DNA from: Squalus acanthias
Lineage: Eukaryota
Direction: 5' to 3'
Length of the DNA: 64,000 nucleotides
Assembly: GCA_030390025.1 (NCBI GenBank)
Contig: JASTWF010000035.1
Coordinates: 3,596,001 to 3,660,000, forward strand
In this document: positions 63,290 to 64,000 of the stretch, one piece after another
How positions within the stretch are numbered: the stretch's first letter is position 1
Layout of the letters: each line of letters starts with the position of its first letter
The notes under the pieces: generated by a model
Seen by the model: the letters and a program-made list of their open reading frames with translations, nothing else
Databases searched by the model: none
Told to the model about the DNA's origin: nothing
Translations under genes and position numbers: made by a program

Positions 63290-63970
63290 ATGAGAATTTT
63301 TTTAATACACTGAGTTGTGATCTGGAATCCACTGCCTGAAAGGGTGGTGAAACAGATTCAGTAGTAACTTTCAAAAGGGAATTGGATATATACTTGAAGG
63401 GGAAAGATTTGCAGGGCTATGGGGAAAGGGCAGGGGGAGTGGGACTAATTGGATAGCTCATTCGAAGAGTCGGCACAGACACGATGGGCTGAATGGCCTC
63501 CTTCTGTGCTGTATCATTCTATGTGTGGTGTAATATTCAAATTCGCTGCAGAATTCCATGGCTCCAGTCTCTTTGGAACCTCAAGACTGTCATCTGTAGA
63601 AGGAAACGCTCAACAAAAGCTGCATTTATATAGCGCTTTCAACTTAATGAAAGGTCCCAAGTCTCTTCACAGGAGCGTTAATCAGACAAAAGTTGATACC
63701 GAGCCAAAGATGGAGACATTAGGACAGATGACCATAAGCTTGGTCAAAGAGGTAGATTTTAAGCAGAACCTTAAAGGAGGAGAGAGGTGTGGAGAGGCAA
63801 AGAGGTTTTATAGAATCATAGAATGGTTACAGTATGGAAGAAGGCCATTTGGCCCGTCGAACCTGTGCCGACCATCTGCAAGAGCACTTCAGCTAGTCCC
63901 ACTCCTCTGCCCTTTCCCCGTAGCCCTGCAAATGTTTTTCTTTCAGGTACTTATCCAACTCTCTTTTGGA
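63290..63970. mobile_element. CR1 3' tails (+ 63290-63525; - 63810-63970) and a LINE/SINE tail fragment (- about 63615-63810)
   Basis: CR1 hairpin and tail sequences; TGCATTTATATAGCGCTTT is the reverse complement of the tail motif seen at 27480-27495. Confidence 0.65.
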
Positions 63971-64000
63971 TAAGTACCTGAAGGTGCAACAGGCGGTCAA

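Overview
Eukaryotic (vertebrate) genomic DNA, most likely a cartilaginous fish (inferred from the repeat landscape). The + strand carries four coding exons of an FBXO41-like F-box gene (1-370 partial, 29629-29870, 42785-42900, 43675-43827) with compatible splice phases. Its introns are packed with transposable elements, many of them nested. These include many CR1-clade LINEs (ORF1 zinc finger/SGNH esterase, ORF2 APE+RT), two RTE-clade LINEs, tRNA-derived SINEs, two short non-autonomous DNA transposons and three minisatellites (25 bp, 23-24 bp G-rich, 21 bp). The most notable structure is a three-level nest at 57.9-62.7 kb. A CR1 is interrupted by a complete two-gene Harbinger/PIF transposon (13-bp TIRs, ATA TSD, DDE transposase plus a spliced Myb/SANT gene). 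Its transposase is in turn split by a 5'-truncated Penelope-like element that has a 12-bp TSD, a GIY-YIG C-terminus and a minimal hammerhead ribozyme motif. There are no prokaryotic features and no CRISPR array. Family names rest on recalled motifs, not database searches, and CR1 boundaries are approximate.
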